In this document: positions 8,335-16,774 of the stretch, piece by piece
How positions within the stretch are numbered: the stretch's first letter is position 1
Layout: each line of letters starts with the position of its first letter
Assembly (NCBI RefSeq): GCF_003367075.2
Contig: NZ_CP065936.1
Location: 1,680,001-1,712,000, forward strand
Direction of reading: 5' to 3'
Length of the DNA stretch: 32,000 bases
Origin: Cylindrospermopsis raciborskii Cr2010
GTDB taxonomy: Bacteria > Cyanobacteriota > Cyanobacteriia > Cyanobacteriales > Nostocaceae
Made by a program: the position numbers and the translations under genes
Notes under the pieces: model-generated
Databases searched by the model: none
Seen by the model: the letters and a program-made list of their open reading frames with translations, nothing else
Told to the model about the DNA's origin: nothing

Positions 8335-9603
8335 TTAAGAAAGGGTATCAGCAATGGTCTTTAACTCAAGTATAATCTGAGCTGCTGTTGTTTCTAAACT
8401 TTCTGCTTTTTGAGGACTCTTGTTCATACCCACATGGGCAATATCATTGCGAATTTGGGTTAACTTACCCCATTCTAGGGAAAACAAATTAAAATCAGGT
8501 AGTTTTTCAAATTCATCATCCCAAGGGGAAATTAATGTTATTTCTTTGCCACGAAGTTTAATTTGTCCATTATTGAGCGCATTCTCTACCTGTTTTCGCT
8601 GGTCTTTATTTAGTGGATCCTGTTCACCCAATCGATATGCTAAAACGGAAACTAGCCATTCCCTTGCTAAGGTCATAGCTTGCACAACTTGATGTCTTTT
8701 TATATACCAATCTATTAGTTGAAATTGTAATCTCAGTCCTTGAGCTAAATTTCCACTATTAGTGGGATTTTCTAGGGCAAATTGTCCATATTCCTGGGTT
8801 AATTTTTGGGAAATCAGTCCAAAAGGTTTAGCTCTTTTATCAAAACTACTCTCTGCTTTTTTGATAATTTCCTCTAATTTTGTGGTTTCTTCTAAAATTT
8901 CTACAGGACGCACAAGAGCTATAGCCAGAGAAATTCGATTAATGATGTCAGCAGTATCTTTAAATTCTCTAGCTAGAGGTCGTAGGGTTGGATCATCTCT
9001 TTTTTCATCGTTAGAAATAGTATTTTTTAACAGCTCTGCTAAGGGGGATCCATCACCCACTTTGACAAATCTATCTGCGGCAGCAAGCCAGTCTAATAAG
9101 CTGAGCATGGGCAATAAATCATAGGTGGGGGTGTCTGGATTTTGAGAATTAGACTTAAAAGCTCCATATAAGACGCCTTCAATTTTCACCTGTTTTACTG
9201 TACGTAGGTAGCTAATAGCTAATAAGGCAATAACTGGAATGGAACGGAAACTATGGGTAAGGTCAAAAATAACGCGATCGCCCTCGTTTAAACAATTAGT
9301 AATTTTATCAAAAATTAACCAACTATCATCCAAAGAATTACTCTCGGGAATATCAAAAACAGGCTCTAATTTAACGGATTTATTAGCTAGTTGTTCTTGT
9401 AATCCTTGCCAATTAGATATGGTTCCGTTTCTGGGGGGGTCATTAGCTACTGTGGGTGTTAATAATACATACAATGTATCAGGTTGATAAAATTCAACCA
9501 GGGCTTCCTGAAAAAATTTGGTCCTTACTGCTTGACTAGTGGTGGGATGGATATAATTTGTCTCAGCGTAATTACTGTTGCCAAGAAAAGAAATAATTTT
9601 CAT
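8335..9603 (-). CDS. csx1: Csx1-family CARF-HEPN ribonuclease (TM1812-like)
   Basis: The N-terminal MKIISFLGNSNY, DLTHSFRSIPV and YGAFKS form the Csx1/TM1812 CARF pattern. A C-terminal HEPN Rx4H motif is present in QIRNDIAHVG. It lies downstream of the cmr operon. Confidence 0.85.
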   Translation of the reverse strand: MKIISFLGNSNYAETNYIHPTTSQAVRTKFFQEALVEFYQPDTLYVLLTPTVANDPPRNGTISNWQGLQEQLANKSVKLEPVFDIPESNSLDDSWLIFDKITNCLNEGDRVIFDLTHSFRSIPVIALLAISYLRTVKQVKIEGVLYGAFKSNSQNPDTPTYDLLPMLSLLDWLAAADRFVKVGDGSPLAELLKNTISNDEKRDDPTLRPLAREFKDTADIINRISLAIALVRPVEILEETTKLEEIIKKAESSFDKRAKPFGLISQKLTQEYGQFALENPTNSGNLAQGLRLQFQLIDWYIKRHQVVQAMTLAREWLVSVLAYRLGEQDPLNKDQRKQVENALNNGQIKLRGKEITLISPWDDEFEKLPDFNLFSLEWGKLTQIRNDIAHVGMNKSPQKAESLETTAAQIILELKTIADTLS

Positions 9604-9654
9604 GTGTTTTCAAGATTATTTACTAGTGTTGTGAAATGTTGTTTGATTTACATG

Positions 9655-9745
9655 TTAAGTAGGGAGGCACAATTTGTAGGATGGGTCGAGTAACCAGACC
9701 CATGGGGGTGTTGGGTTTCATGCTTCAACCCAACCTACGTTGATC
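9655..9745 (+). mobile_element. MITE-like dispersed repeat copy (3'-truncated)
   Basis: ttaagtagggaggcacaatttgtaggatgggtcgagtaaccagacccatgggggtgttgggtttcatgcttcaacccaacctacgttgatct. It lies between the cmr6/1 stop and the csx1 start. Confidence 0.6.
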
Positions 9746-9769
9746 TGGGGATATTAGCCCGCTAATAAA

Positions 9770-11284
9770 CTATACAGGCCAAATGCGGGTAAAGCCTTGG
9801 CTCCCTAAAGTACCATTCACTGTTGGGTCAAAACTAGTGATGACACAACTGTTTTCCTTTTCCCTCACCGCATAGAGAGAAGGTCTGTTAGTGGAACCAC
9901 ACCATTGAGGTTTATTTCTATTACTTGTGGCACACACCCCATGGACTATCTGCTCCCAGGTCTCGGTGTCTGTACTCTCCCACACACTGTCAATACAACC
10001 TGGCTCTGTATTTGTATTTATCGTTATGCTCAGTTGTGTGCCTAAATCCCTAATATCTTCCTGCAATCTACTAAACAGCTGGGATAACTCCATTTCTTCA
10101 CTTTCTGTTTGGGTGATAAATTCACTACCACGAAAAACCACACCATTGCGCATGTCATGGGGTGGTCTTCTCCATCCCGGTCCTATCCCCCCTAATCTCT
10201 GGGCTAGTTCTAGCAATCTATCTACTAATCCCCTACACTCTTGGTTACATTTAACTCCTATTTGCCAATCCTGATTTACCACCGCGCTCGGTATATTACT
10301 GTAGTCACGATTATTTCCCCGGTTCCCTGCGCCTATTTCCCTACCCGCAAACATTCTATAACTCACTAGATTCAGTTGCGCTGGTGACCCAAATCCACCA
10401 AATATATAGGTGGTTAATTTCTCTGCATCCGGTCTGGAAAATTCCCTTAATGCTAATCGCAAAAACCAACCCCGCAGGGTGGCTCTTAATACCTGTGGCG
10501 ACCACCTATACTTCCCTGTTATGTTCATTCCCCGGTTGTGTGCTTGTATCCCCGGTTTTGCCCCCCGCACCCTTAATTGCCAATCTCCTTGGCTGATTCT
10601 CTCTCTCTCTACTAATCTCCCAAATCCAGAGTTTTTCCCTCTCCCTATTCCTTCTTCCTCTAAGGTCTCTTTTAATCTATTTTTTAACCATCCCCTTTCG
10701 TCTTGTCTTATTTCCTGTCGGGTATTCACTACTATGCTTAAAAGAGTTGGTTGCAATGAAGGAGGTTCCTTGGGTGAGGCTTGCCATTGCACGCTTAAAG
10801 CCCTTACGTTCTCCCCATATACTTGCCATGATTGCTGGCCATTCAGGGGATAGGGTTCCACATTGTCCAGAGGTACACTCTCAAATCTAATCTCCCTACA
10901 GCGCCATCCACTTCTATCCTCTTGCACAAGTCTTTGCCAAAATTGCTGTTCCTCACCCCCCATTTGAGACCACACCTTTCTAATTCTGCTCAGTAATGAC
11001 CCCCGCAGACTAGATCCAGGTATACAAGGATATCCCCCTATTTGTGCAGGCAAAATCATTCCCTCGCTTAGACTTCCTCCCCCTACTTGTATGGGAGTTA
11101 AAATTTGCACCCTGAGAATGGGGTTAGATTTTTGTGGCGTGTATGAATTATTCACATACCAGGCTTGGCGCACCTCCCTATTTTCCGGTGGTCCTTCTAT
11201 TATGTCCGTGGTTTGGGGTGTCCAGCCTTTTTCTTCTTCTGTATCTACTCTGTACCATTTGGGTAATTCTGTTGGTAAGGACAT
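9770..11284 (-). CDS. cmr6: double-RAMP protein, apparent Cmr6-Cmr1 fusion
   Basis: 504 aa. The N-half has IPGSSLRGSLLS and a glycine-rich loop GIGRGKNSGFGRL (Cmr6/Cas7-like). The C-half has LRATLRGWFLRLAL and LGGIGPGWRRPPHD (Cmr1-like). It is the last gene of the cmr2-3-4-5 operon, and no separate cmr1 is present. Confidence 0.72.
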   Translation of the reverse strand: MSLPTELPKWYRVDTEEEKGWTPQTTDIIEGPPENREVRQAWYVNNSYTPQKSNPILRVQILTPIQVGGGSLSEGMILPAQIGGYPCIPGSSLRGSLLSRIRKVWSQMGGEEQQFWQRLVQEDRSGWRCREIRFESVPLDNVEPYPLNGQQSWQVYGENVRALSVQWQASPKEPPSLQPTLLSIVVNTRQEIRQDERGWLKNRLKETLEEEGIGRGKNSGFGRLVERERISQGDWQLRVRGAKPGIQAHNRGMNITGKYRWSPQVLRATLRGWFLRLALREFSRPDAEKLTTYIFGGFGSPAQLNLVSYRMFAGREIGAGNRGNNRDYSNIPSAVVNQDWQIGVKCNQECRGLVDRLLELAQRLGGIGPGWRRPPHDMRNGVVFRGSEFITQTESEEMELSQLFSRLQEDIRDLGTQLSITINTNTEPGCIDSVWESTDTETWEQIVHGVCATSNRNKPQWCGSTNRPSLYAVREKENSCVITSFDPTVNGTLGSQGFTRIWPV

Positions 11285-11325
11285 AGTTTTATCTCAGTGT
11301 TTTTTATAGTTAGTTGAATTGATTA

Positions 11326-11766
11326 TTACTTTGCATTACTTTGCAGTGTTTCTTTTAGACGCATTGTCCAAAATTGGATTGTATCTGCTATTTCTAGCAG
11401 CATTTCTGTAACTAATATTTGTTGGTTGAAATTCAGCTGGGCATATCTAGCTTGAAAATCTTCTGTCTTCATATTAGCCCTTATTCCCAATTCAGAACCC
11501 ACCACTTGACATAAAGTTACCCTGGCTACCCCCCAGGCAAAATAGCGCCGTTGCTCATCTGTTCCCCCCACACCATCCGGTAATTCACCACCAATTAGTT
11601 TGGGTGACCGAGAAAGGGCCCAAAACCTCTCAACACCCCAACTGGAAACATATTCACCTATACCACTGGCTTTTCCTTGCCATTTTTCTATGGCGCTCAA
11701 ATCAGTAGCCCCTTTCCTTAATTCTGCTAACACTTTTTGGTCTAGGTCATAGAATGATGTTGTCAT
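11326..11766 (-). CDS. cmr5: type III-B small subunit Cmr5 (Cas11)
   Basis: 146-aa protein lying between cmr4 and cmr6. The call rests mainly on size and position. The ORF track starts at GTG 11778; ATG 11766 is preceded by GGTGGGAG (Shine-Dalgarno-like). Confidence 0.6.
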   Translation of the reverse strand: MTTSFYDLDQKVLAELRKGATDLSAIEKWQGKASGIGEYVSSWGVERFWALSRSPKLIGGELPDGVGGTDEQRRYFAWGVARVTLCQVVGSELGIRANMKTEDFQARYAQLNFNQQILVTEMLLEIADTIQFWTMRLKETLQSNAK

Positions 11767-11787
11767 CTGTACTCCCACCTACGCTGA

Positions 11788-12567
11788 TTACTTAATATTC
11801 TCGACAATTATGCGCCCGTAGCCAACTCCCCATAGTCCTCCCAGGTGATGTTCTCTATGGAGAAAACTTTCCCACTTTTCTGTTTGTTGTTGGCGACTGT
11901 GCCATGACACTACAAAACTCGCTCCCGGTGGTATGCCTTCTACGGAAAACAGGTTGTCTACCAAACTACCGTCTTTATCCGCATTTTCCTTCAAGCTAAC
12001 TCGCGGTTGGCGTACCATGCCCATATCTACCAGGGTATTAATAGATTCATTTTTCAGGATTAGTAGTCGCTTCCTATGGGCTTGTAGTTCCGGGGGTAAG
12101 GGCAATTTACCTGGATCTAAGTAAGCGATATTAGATAGCTTTAACCATCGTAAATACACTGTTCTTTTATCTAGTTCTGGTTCTGTGACAAGTAAATTGT
12201 CTGGTAAAGGAGGAATTTCTGTCCCCGTGAGATCTGCAAATCTGTTTAACCAGTCAGGAAAGCTTACCCACCAGTTACCATATCCCAATACATGAACAGG
12301 CCACCAAACCGGCCATCCCCATCCCAAGGAAATATTACCTGGTGATACAGCACTTGTATCTCCCCCAAACCATTCTCCTACAAAAGGCTGAAACTCCTTT
12401 TCCTTTTCCGCGTGTTCCCTGAGCGCACCTCGCAAAGAACTACCTGGTATAACTGGTGTTCTATCCGGTAGGCGAAAAATAGGATTGTTATTACCCCGGT
12501 TTTCACTGTCTGCTCCTCCTATGTGGACGGGCTCTCTACATACTATCCAAATGTTTCCTGCTTTCAT
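11788..12567 (-). CDS. cmr4: Cmr4 (Cas7-family RAMP backbone subunit)
   Basis: The N-terminus EPVHIGGADSENRGNNNPIFR...IPGSSLRGALREH is the Cmr4 pattern, including a candidate catalytic Asp in GGAD. The C-terminal GGLWGVGYGRI is a glycine-rich loop. Its start overlaps the cmr3 stop (ATGA). Confidence 0.85.
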   Translation of the reverse strand: MKAGNIWIVCREPVHIGGADSENRGNNNPIFRLPDRTPVIPGSSLRGALREHAEKEKEFQPFVGEWFGGDTSAVSPGNISLGWGWPVWWPVHVLGYGNWWVSFPDWLNRFADLTGTEIPPLPDNLLVTEPELDKRTVYLRWLKLSNIAYLDPGKLPLPPELQAHRKRLLILKNESINTLVDMGMVRQPRVSLKENADKDGSLVDNLFSVEGIPPGASFVVSWHSRQQQTEKWESFLHREHHLGGLWGVGYGRIIVENIK

Positions 12568-13535
12568 ATTAGATTCTCTTTAAATAACCACAAATGTCCA
12601 TATCCCCACACATGACGATTAAATGGATCCAGGAAGGGTCCGCTTTTGGTGATGGGGGCTTTATGCCACCGGTAAATGGCTCCTGCTGGTGTGAGCCACT
12701 CACCGGGGGTTAATTTTCTTTCTGGTGTGAGCTTGTGGGAAACTGTTTTCCAGGTCTGCCAGGGTTCCCCTTGTTGGGCTAGGTAAGCTAGGGGTTTATG
12801 CTGGTCTGGGTAAGGATGGGAGGTTTTAGTTCTTCCATTACTCCACAAAGCACTTGTTAATAATACAGCACCATCCGCATCTGGTATTTCTGCTCCTAAA
12901 AATTCCCAGTTTTCGCTTTCTAGGTTCTCTAAGGGTACGGTCACAATAGGAGTAGCTCCTGCTCCTAGGGTTCCATATTTTTGCGGTTCTCCTTCCCCTA
13001 TTACTTTTATCACTATTGACCACTTGCTGGCCATTAAGATAGTTTTTTCAGCGTATAATCCTCCCTCTTCTACCACCTGAAAGTCCTCCCGTCGGTTATG
13101 ACTCAGGGTTAGAGTTTGCCAAGGAAGCGGTTGAACTTCTACCTGGTTTAAAAATCCCTGTTCCCACAATTGACGAAAATCCTGACTTTTGATGAGATAT
13201 TTTCCCCCTAGTTGTTCAATTTCTATGTCTGGGGTTGTCTGGTGATGTAGTTGCCACTTTTCTTGCCAATACATACGATATAAATCTAATACCTTTGTGT
13301 TCTGTCTTAATGGTAGTCTATGGGTATAAACACCTTGCGGAACTGACAAGTAGAGATTTTTTTCGTGTAACCAAAAAGGTCCCCACATTTGGGTGGTTTT
13401 GGGTAGATTAAGAGCTGCAGCTAGTTGGTTACCATTGGGTGGCCAACGACACCCCACCAGCCCACTGTTTTGCCCTACTGGGGTCAAATTTCCTAGGGTT
13501 ATGGTGCCTGTCGGTGTGATACTATACCAGGTCAT
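12564..13535 (-). CDS. cmr3: Cmr3 (Cas5-family RAMP)
   Basis: 323 aa, translationally coupled (ATGA overlaps) to cas10 upstream and cmr4 downstream. It starts MTWYSITPTGTITLG, like Cmr3 N-termini. The call rests largely on synteny. Confidence 0.7.
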   Translation of the reverse strand: MTWYSITPTGTITLGNLTPVGQNSGLVGCRWPPNGNQLAAALNLPKTTQMWGPFWLHEKNLYLSVPQGVYTHRLPLRQNTKVLDLYRMYWQEKWQLHHQTTPDIEIEQLGGKYLIKSQDFRQLWEQGFLNQVEVQPLPWQTLTLSHNRREDFQVVEEGGLYAEKTILMASKWSIVIKVIGEGEPQKYGTLGAGATPIVTVPLENLESENWEFLGAEIPDADGAVLLTSALWSNGRTKTSHPYPDQHKPLAYLAQQGEPWQTWKTVSHKLTPERKLTPGEWLTPAGAIYRWHKAPITKSGPFLDPFNRHVWGYGHLWLFKENLI

Positions 13536-15796
13536 AAGCCATCCTCCCTAAATCTTTTCATCCAAAGGTCTCGGTTTTGTTCCTGTCTGGCTAAAAACAC
13601 TCGCAGGGCTACCCAATTAGTCCACCATTCCCATTCGCTTAAAAAAGTATCATGTTCAGATTGTGGGCGTACTTGGTTCCAAGAGAGATTTAAACCTACA
13701 CTTTGCCATAGGGTTTCTAGGGCGGTTTCTGCCAGGGCTAGATTGGGTTGTTTCATGCGGACAGGTTCCATATATTGCAATAGTTTCTCCCATCTATTTA
13801 GTTGGTTATCTGACTGCACCAAGTTGTTTCCCATCAGTATATCCCACAGGAACCAAGGGCAGATCCACTCTATAATCTGATTACTATTGAACAACACCCT
13901 TACACAAACCCGGTTTCTGCCCTGGGATTTAGCTTTCTTATAGGCTTCATTGAGATGACTATGCCATAATGCCTGGGGTATACGTCTTTGGGCAATCACT
14001 ACTCCTAAACTAAAGGTCATTATTTCGCTAGGAACCGGATAAACAGACTCCCGATACTTGACCCAACCTGGTACTGGTGGCTCCAACATAGAAGTGAGGG
14101 CAGTGGTTCTACCAGACCATAAGCGATATAAATCACTGGTCATCTCCACAGCTTGGGGTAAAGGACCCAGGAGGAGGAAGTCATCTCCTCCAGCGAAGAT
14201 AACCTTGCCAGGGTACTGTTCTTCTACCAGGGGATACAACAGCTTGTTCCAGTGACTAAAGAGAACAGATAGATCCAGAACATGGGGTAGGTCTAATTGG
14301 CGATGGGTATGATTAGGAATTTGGGCGGGGACTAGGTTGAGATGGTAATCTTCAATTTGCTGGGGTGTGGGATGCCATTTTTGCCAGAGTAAATTTTCCC
14401 GTTCATACTGACTACCAGAGAGCCACTTACCAATGTGGTCTCCGTCACCCCGCCATCCCACGTGCCATTGAATTGGCGTAGTCCATTGGTCTAGGTTGAA
14501 ATCTTTCCAGTCTTGTTCGACCCCTTCTAGGTCTTGATCCAGACTCCAGTTTTCTAGATTGCGTCGTTCCAACACCTCGGGATGAATATATCCGGGGTGA
14601 GATCTATCTATTAAGGGTAAACCCCAGCGTCTAGGTTCTAACCCAAAGTATTCCGCTGCATCTTGTAGCCTATTATTCCAAGGAATAGATTGGCCTAGTA
14701 GGGGAACCCAAGCAGCTGCAACTGCGGTTTGTTCAGGAAAATTGCCCCAAGGACACGCGGGAGGAATATGACCCCACCGCATCTCCAGAGCTTTTTGAAT
14801 ATAGTCGGGTAGGGATGCTAAGCGTTTAATCAGCTCTATGCTATTTAGTTTTTCCCGAGAGCTGAAAAGAGCAGAATGGTGTCGAAGGAGACCTGCCCAC
14901 CAGTGATCGAGTTCGGAGGGGGGTATACCCCAGGTGCCATTTCTGTCGATGGGTAACAACCCGGGATGCCAGACAGAAAGGGAGCCAGCGGTAGGACTAG
15001 TTACTCCACTCCACCAGGTTCCTTGCCATTGGCGACTGAGTTTTTGCTTTTCTAGCTCATCGTGAATTTGTTTATTCACTTGAGTAATACTCAGGGGTGG
15101 GTCTTGGGTAATGGGTGCCCAGGTGTGATAAACAGACCATAAAAACCTATGGTCACGGTGAATGACTTGCCATCCGACACCATCTAATAGTCTTTTTTTT
15201 TCGGTGCGCTCTTGCTCAACAACAACTCTTTCAATATTTTTAATGAGTAAAGACCATTCTTGGAGTAAAAGGTGTTTGATATTTTCTAACCAGTTTTGGG
15301 CTGCTTCATCGGTAGTGCAGGGAACCACACCAGTCATAACATTCGGTAACTCAGGGCGCCAAAAAGATTGGGGGTCTGGAGAAACACCAGTATTCATCCA
15401 TCGTAGGAGGGGAGAACTTCTGTAGAGAGGTAAAAGAACAGAACCCCCCTGTTTTTCCCAATGATAGATAGTAGCCGTTGCCAGGTAATGACACAACCAA
15501 GATGCCACAGCCCAATCTCTTAACCGTTGACCCGCACCGAGGAAGGACTGGACTGGTCCAAAGACCAGAGTGCCCAGGAAATGATGGGGAGAGATTTCTG
15601 GAGGTAGCTGTTCAAAGGCATAGTTACTAGCGCCACCCCCCCAGGGGTATTTACTTCTGAGGCGGTCTGTATCTTGCCATTCTCCGGTAACTGGATGGAT
15701 GGCGAAACCAGGATTTTCAGTGGTTAGGTTAGGGTCTGGGTATAGTTGCTGCTGTAGTGGCAGGAATTGGATGGGTTGTGGTTCGATGAATACCAA
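13532..15796 (-). CDS. cmr2: Cas10/Cmr2 large subunit, lacking a recognisable HD domain
   Basis: 754 aa. The cyclase palm motif VIFAGGDDFLLLGP is present. The N-proximal GPVQSFLGAGQRLRDWAVASWLCHYL matches the conserved Cas10 helix motif. There is no H-D dipeptide in the first ~240 residues. TTG start at 15796 with AAGGGGGA about 10 nt upstream; there is no in-frame ATG for about 130 codons. Confidence 0.9.
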   Translation of the reverse strand: MVFIEPQPIQFLPLQQQLYPDPNLTTENPGFAIHPVTGEWQDTDRLRSKYPWGGGASNYAFEQLPPEISPHHFLGTLVFGPVQSFLGAGQRLRDWAVASWLCHYLATATIYHWEKQGGSVLLPLYRSSPLLRWMNTGVSPDPQSFWRPELPNVMTGVVPCTTDEAAQNWLENIKHLLLQEWSLLIKNIERVVVEQERTEKKRLLDGVGWQVIHRDHRFLWSVYHTWAPITQDPPLSITQVNKQIHDELEKQKLSRQWQGTWWSGVTSPTAGSLSVWHPGLLPIDRNGTWGIPPSELDHWWAGLLRHHSALFSSREKLNSIELIKRLASLPDYIQKALEMRWGHIPPACPWGNFPEQTAVAAAWVPLLGQSIPWNNRLQDAAEYFGLEPRRWGLPLIDRSHPGYIHPEVLERRNLENWSLDQDLEGVEQDWKDFNLDQWTTPIQWHVGWRGDGDHIGKWLSGSQYERENLLWQKWHPTPQQIEDYHLNLVPAQIPNHTHRQLDLPHVLDLSVLFSHWNKLLYPLVEEQYPGKVIFAGGDDFLLLGPLPQAVEMTSDLYRLWSGRTTALTSMLEPPVPGWVKYRESVYPVPSEIMTFSLGVVIAQRRIPQALWHSHLNEAYKKAKSQGRNRVCVRVLFNSNQIIEWICPWFLWDILMGNNLVQSDNQLNRWEKLLQYMEPVRMKQPNLALAETALETLWQSVGLNLSWNQVRPQSEHDTFLSEWEWWTNWVALRVFLARQEQNRDLWMKRFREDGL

Positions 15797-16488
15797 TTGT
15801 TTTAGATCCCCCTTTGGTTATTTGTAATGATAGGTTGGGGTTGGCTGCTGTTCGACAATTTCTGGATATAGCTAGACATTCCTTTCTGTTTGGGTACTTT
15901 TTTAGGCATAACTGTAACCGTCTTTACGATGAATAGGCTTTTCGATGTTTAATTTGGTCGGTTTGACCAGTCCTTAGTAATGTGTTCCTCGACAATGAAA
16001 AACAGGCTTGTCATGGTAGTTCAGAGGGCTTTCTAAGATGTCTCGCCTTTTGTTGAAGTTACCGACAGAGCTACAAACTGGAGTTAATTTGTAGGTGTCG
16101 TGACCTGTCTTTCGTAGCCAACCTTACCTGATGGTAGGTAACTCTTTTTTATGGCGGAGTCATGCACGCTCACCCCACCTACCCAGATTGTTAAGATCTG
16201 GGCAGGTTTGAGTAGACATTAATGAGCGGTTGTCGTTATCTATAATATTAACCTGGTAATAAAAACTTTGTCCCCTATCTATGGGAATAGTTACATCTAT
16301 CTTTAGATAGATATTTGGGTAAGATAGGGATTTGGGTAGGTATTTTACGACATTTTATCTAACCTAAAAACTTTTATGCGAGTAATGAAATATCCCAGTC
16401 AATGTAGTACCTAATAGGGGGTGAGAATGAAGTGGTCTCAAAAAAATAAAATATACATAAGTTTTAGGGAATTATTTTCCTGTAAATG

Positions 16489-16497
16489 TGTTATAAT
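16489..16497 (+). promoter_or_regulatory. extended -10 promoter element (candidate distal CRISPR leader promoter)
   Basis: TGtTATAAT is an exact extended -10 consensus, in AT-rich DNA about 280 nt upstream of repeat 1. No good -35 element is seen. Confidence 0.3.
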
Positions 16498-16647
16498 AGT
16501 GGCACAAATGGGGAAAAATCGGTATAAATATTTCAGTAATAGCAAAGGATAATGATAAAAATAAAGACAGAAAAATCAGTAATTAACGAAGAAAGTGCGA
16601 AGGTCAAGAAAAAACGCTGGAATGCCTATTATTTCGTTGGGAACCTC

Positions 16648-16719
16648 GCAGCCTTGTGGTGTAAGGGTTTCAGCCATTATTTTGAGGGTAGTGGGGGTGA
16701 AAAACAGAGAAATTTTGCT
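16648..16719 (+). promoter_or_regulatory. CRISPR leader core (conserved 72-nt block)
   Basis: It is duplicated in inverted orientation at 6844-6915 (70/72 identical). It contains TTGTGG-N17-TTATTT, a possible promoter. It ends 55 nt before repeat 1. Confidence 0.6.
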
Positions 16720-16774
16720 GACCTTCGCAAAGTGGGTCTAGACACCAGTCAGGGTAAGGTGTTAAAATGGGGGG

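Noticed and set aside
8420-11309. Plus-strand ORFs antisense to csx1 and cmr6/1 (for example 8762..9124 and 10410..10853)
   Set aside because: They are antisense shadows of strongly supported cas genes. They are Ser/Leu/Pro-rich with no motifs.
16427-16552. 41-codon ORF with a GGGGGTGAG Shine-Dalgarno-like sequence (MKWSQKNKIYISF...)
   Set aside because: It is very AT-rich with lysine/asparagine-biased composition typical of random AT-rich DNA, and nothing is recognisable. It is kept only as part of the intergenic-region finding.
15797-16774. Search for a hidden cas6 (or cas1/cas2) next to the array
   Set aside because: No ORF of adequate length is present in any frame. I could not recognise Cas6-like motifs by eye, so absence is provisional and needs profile searches.
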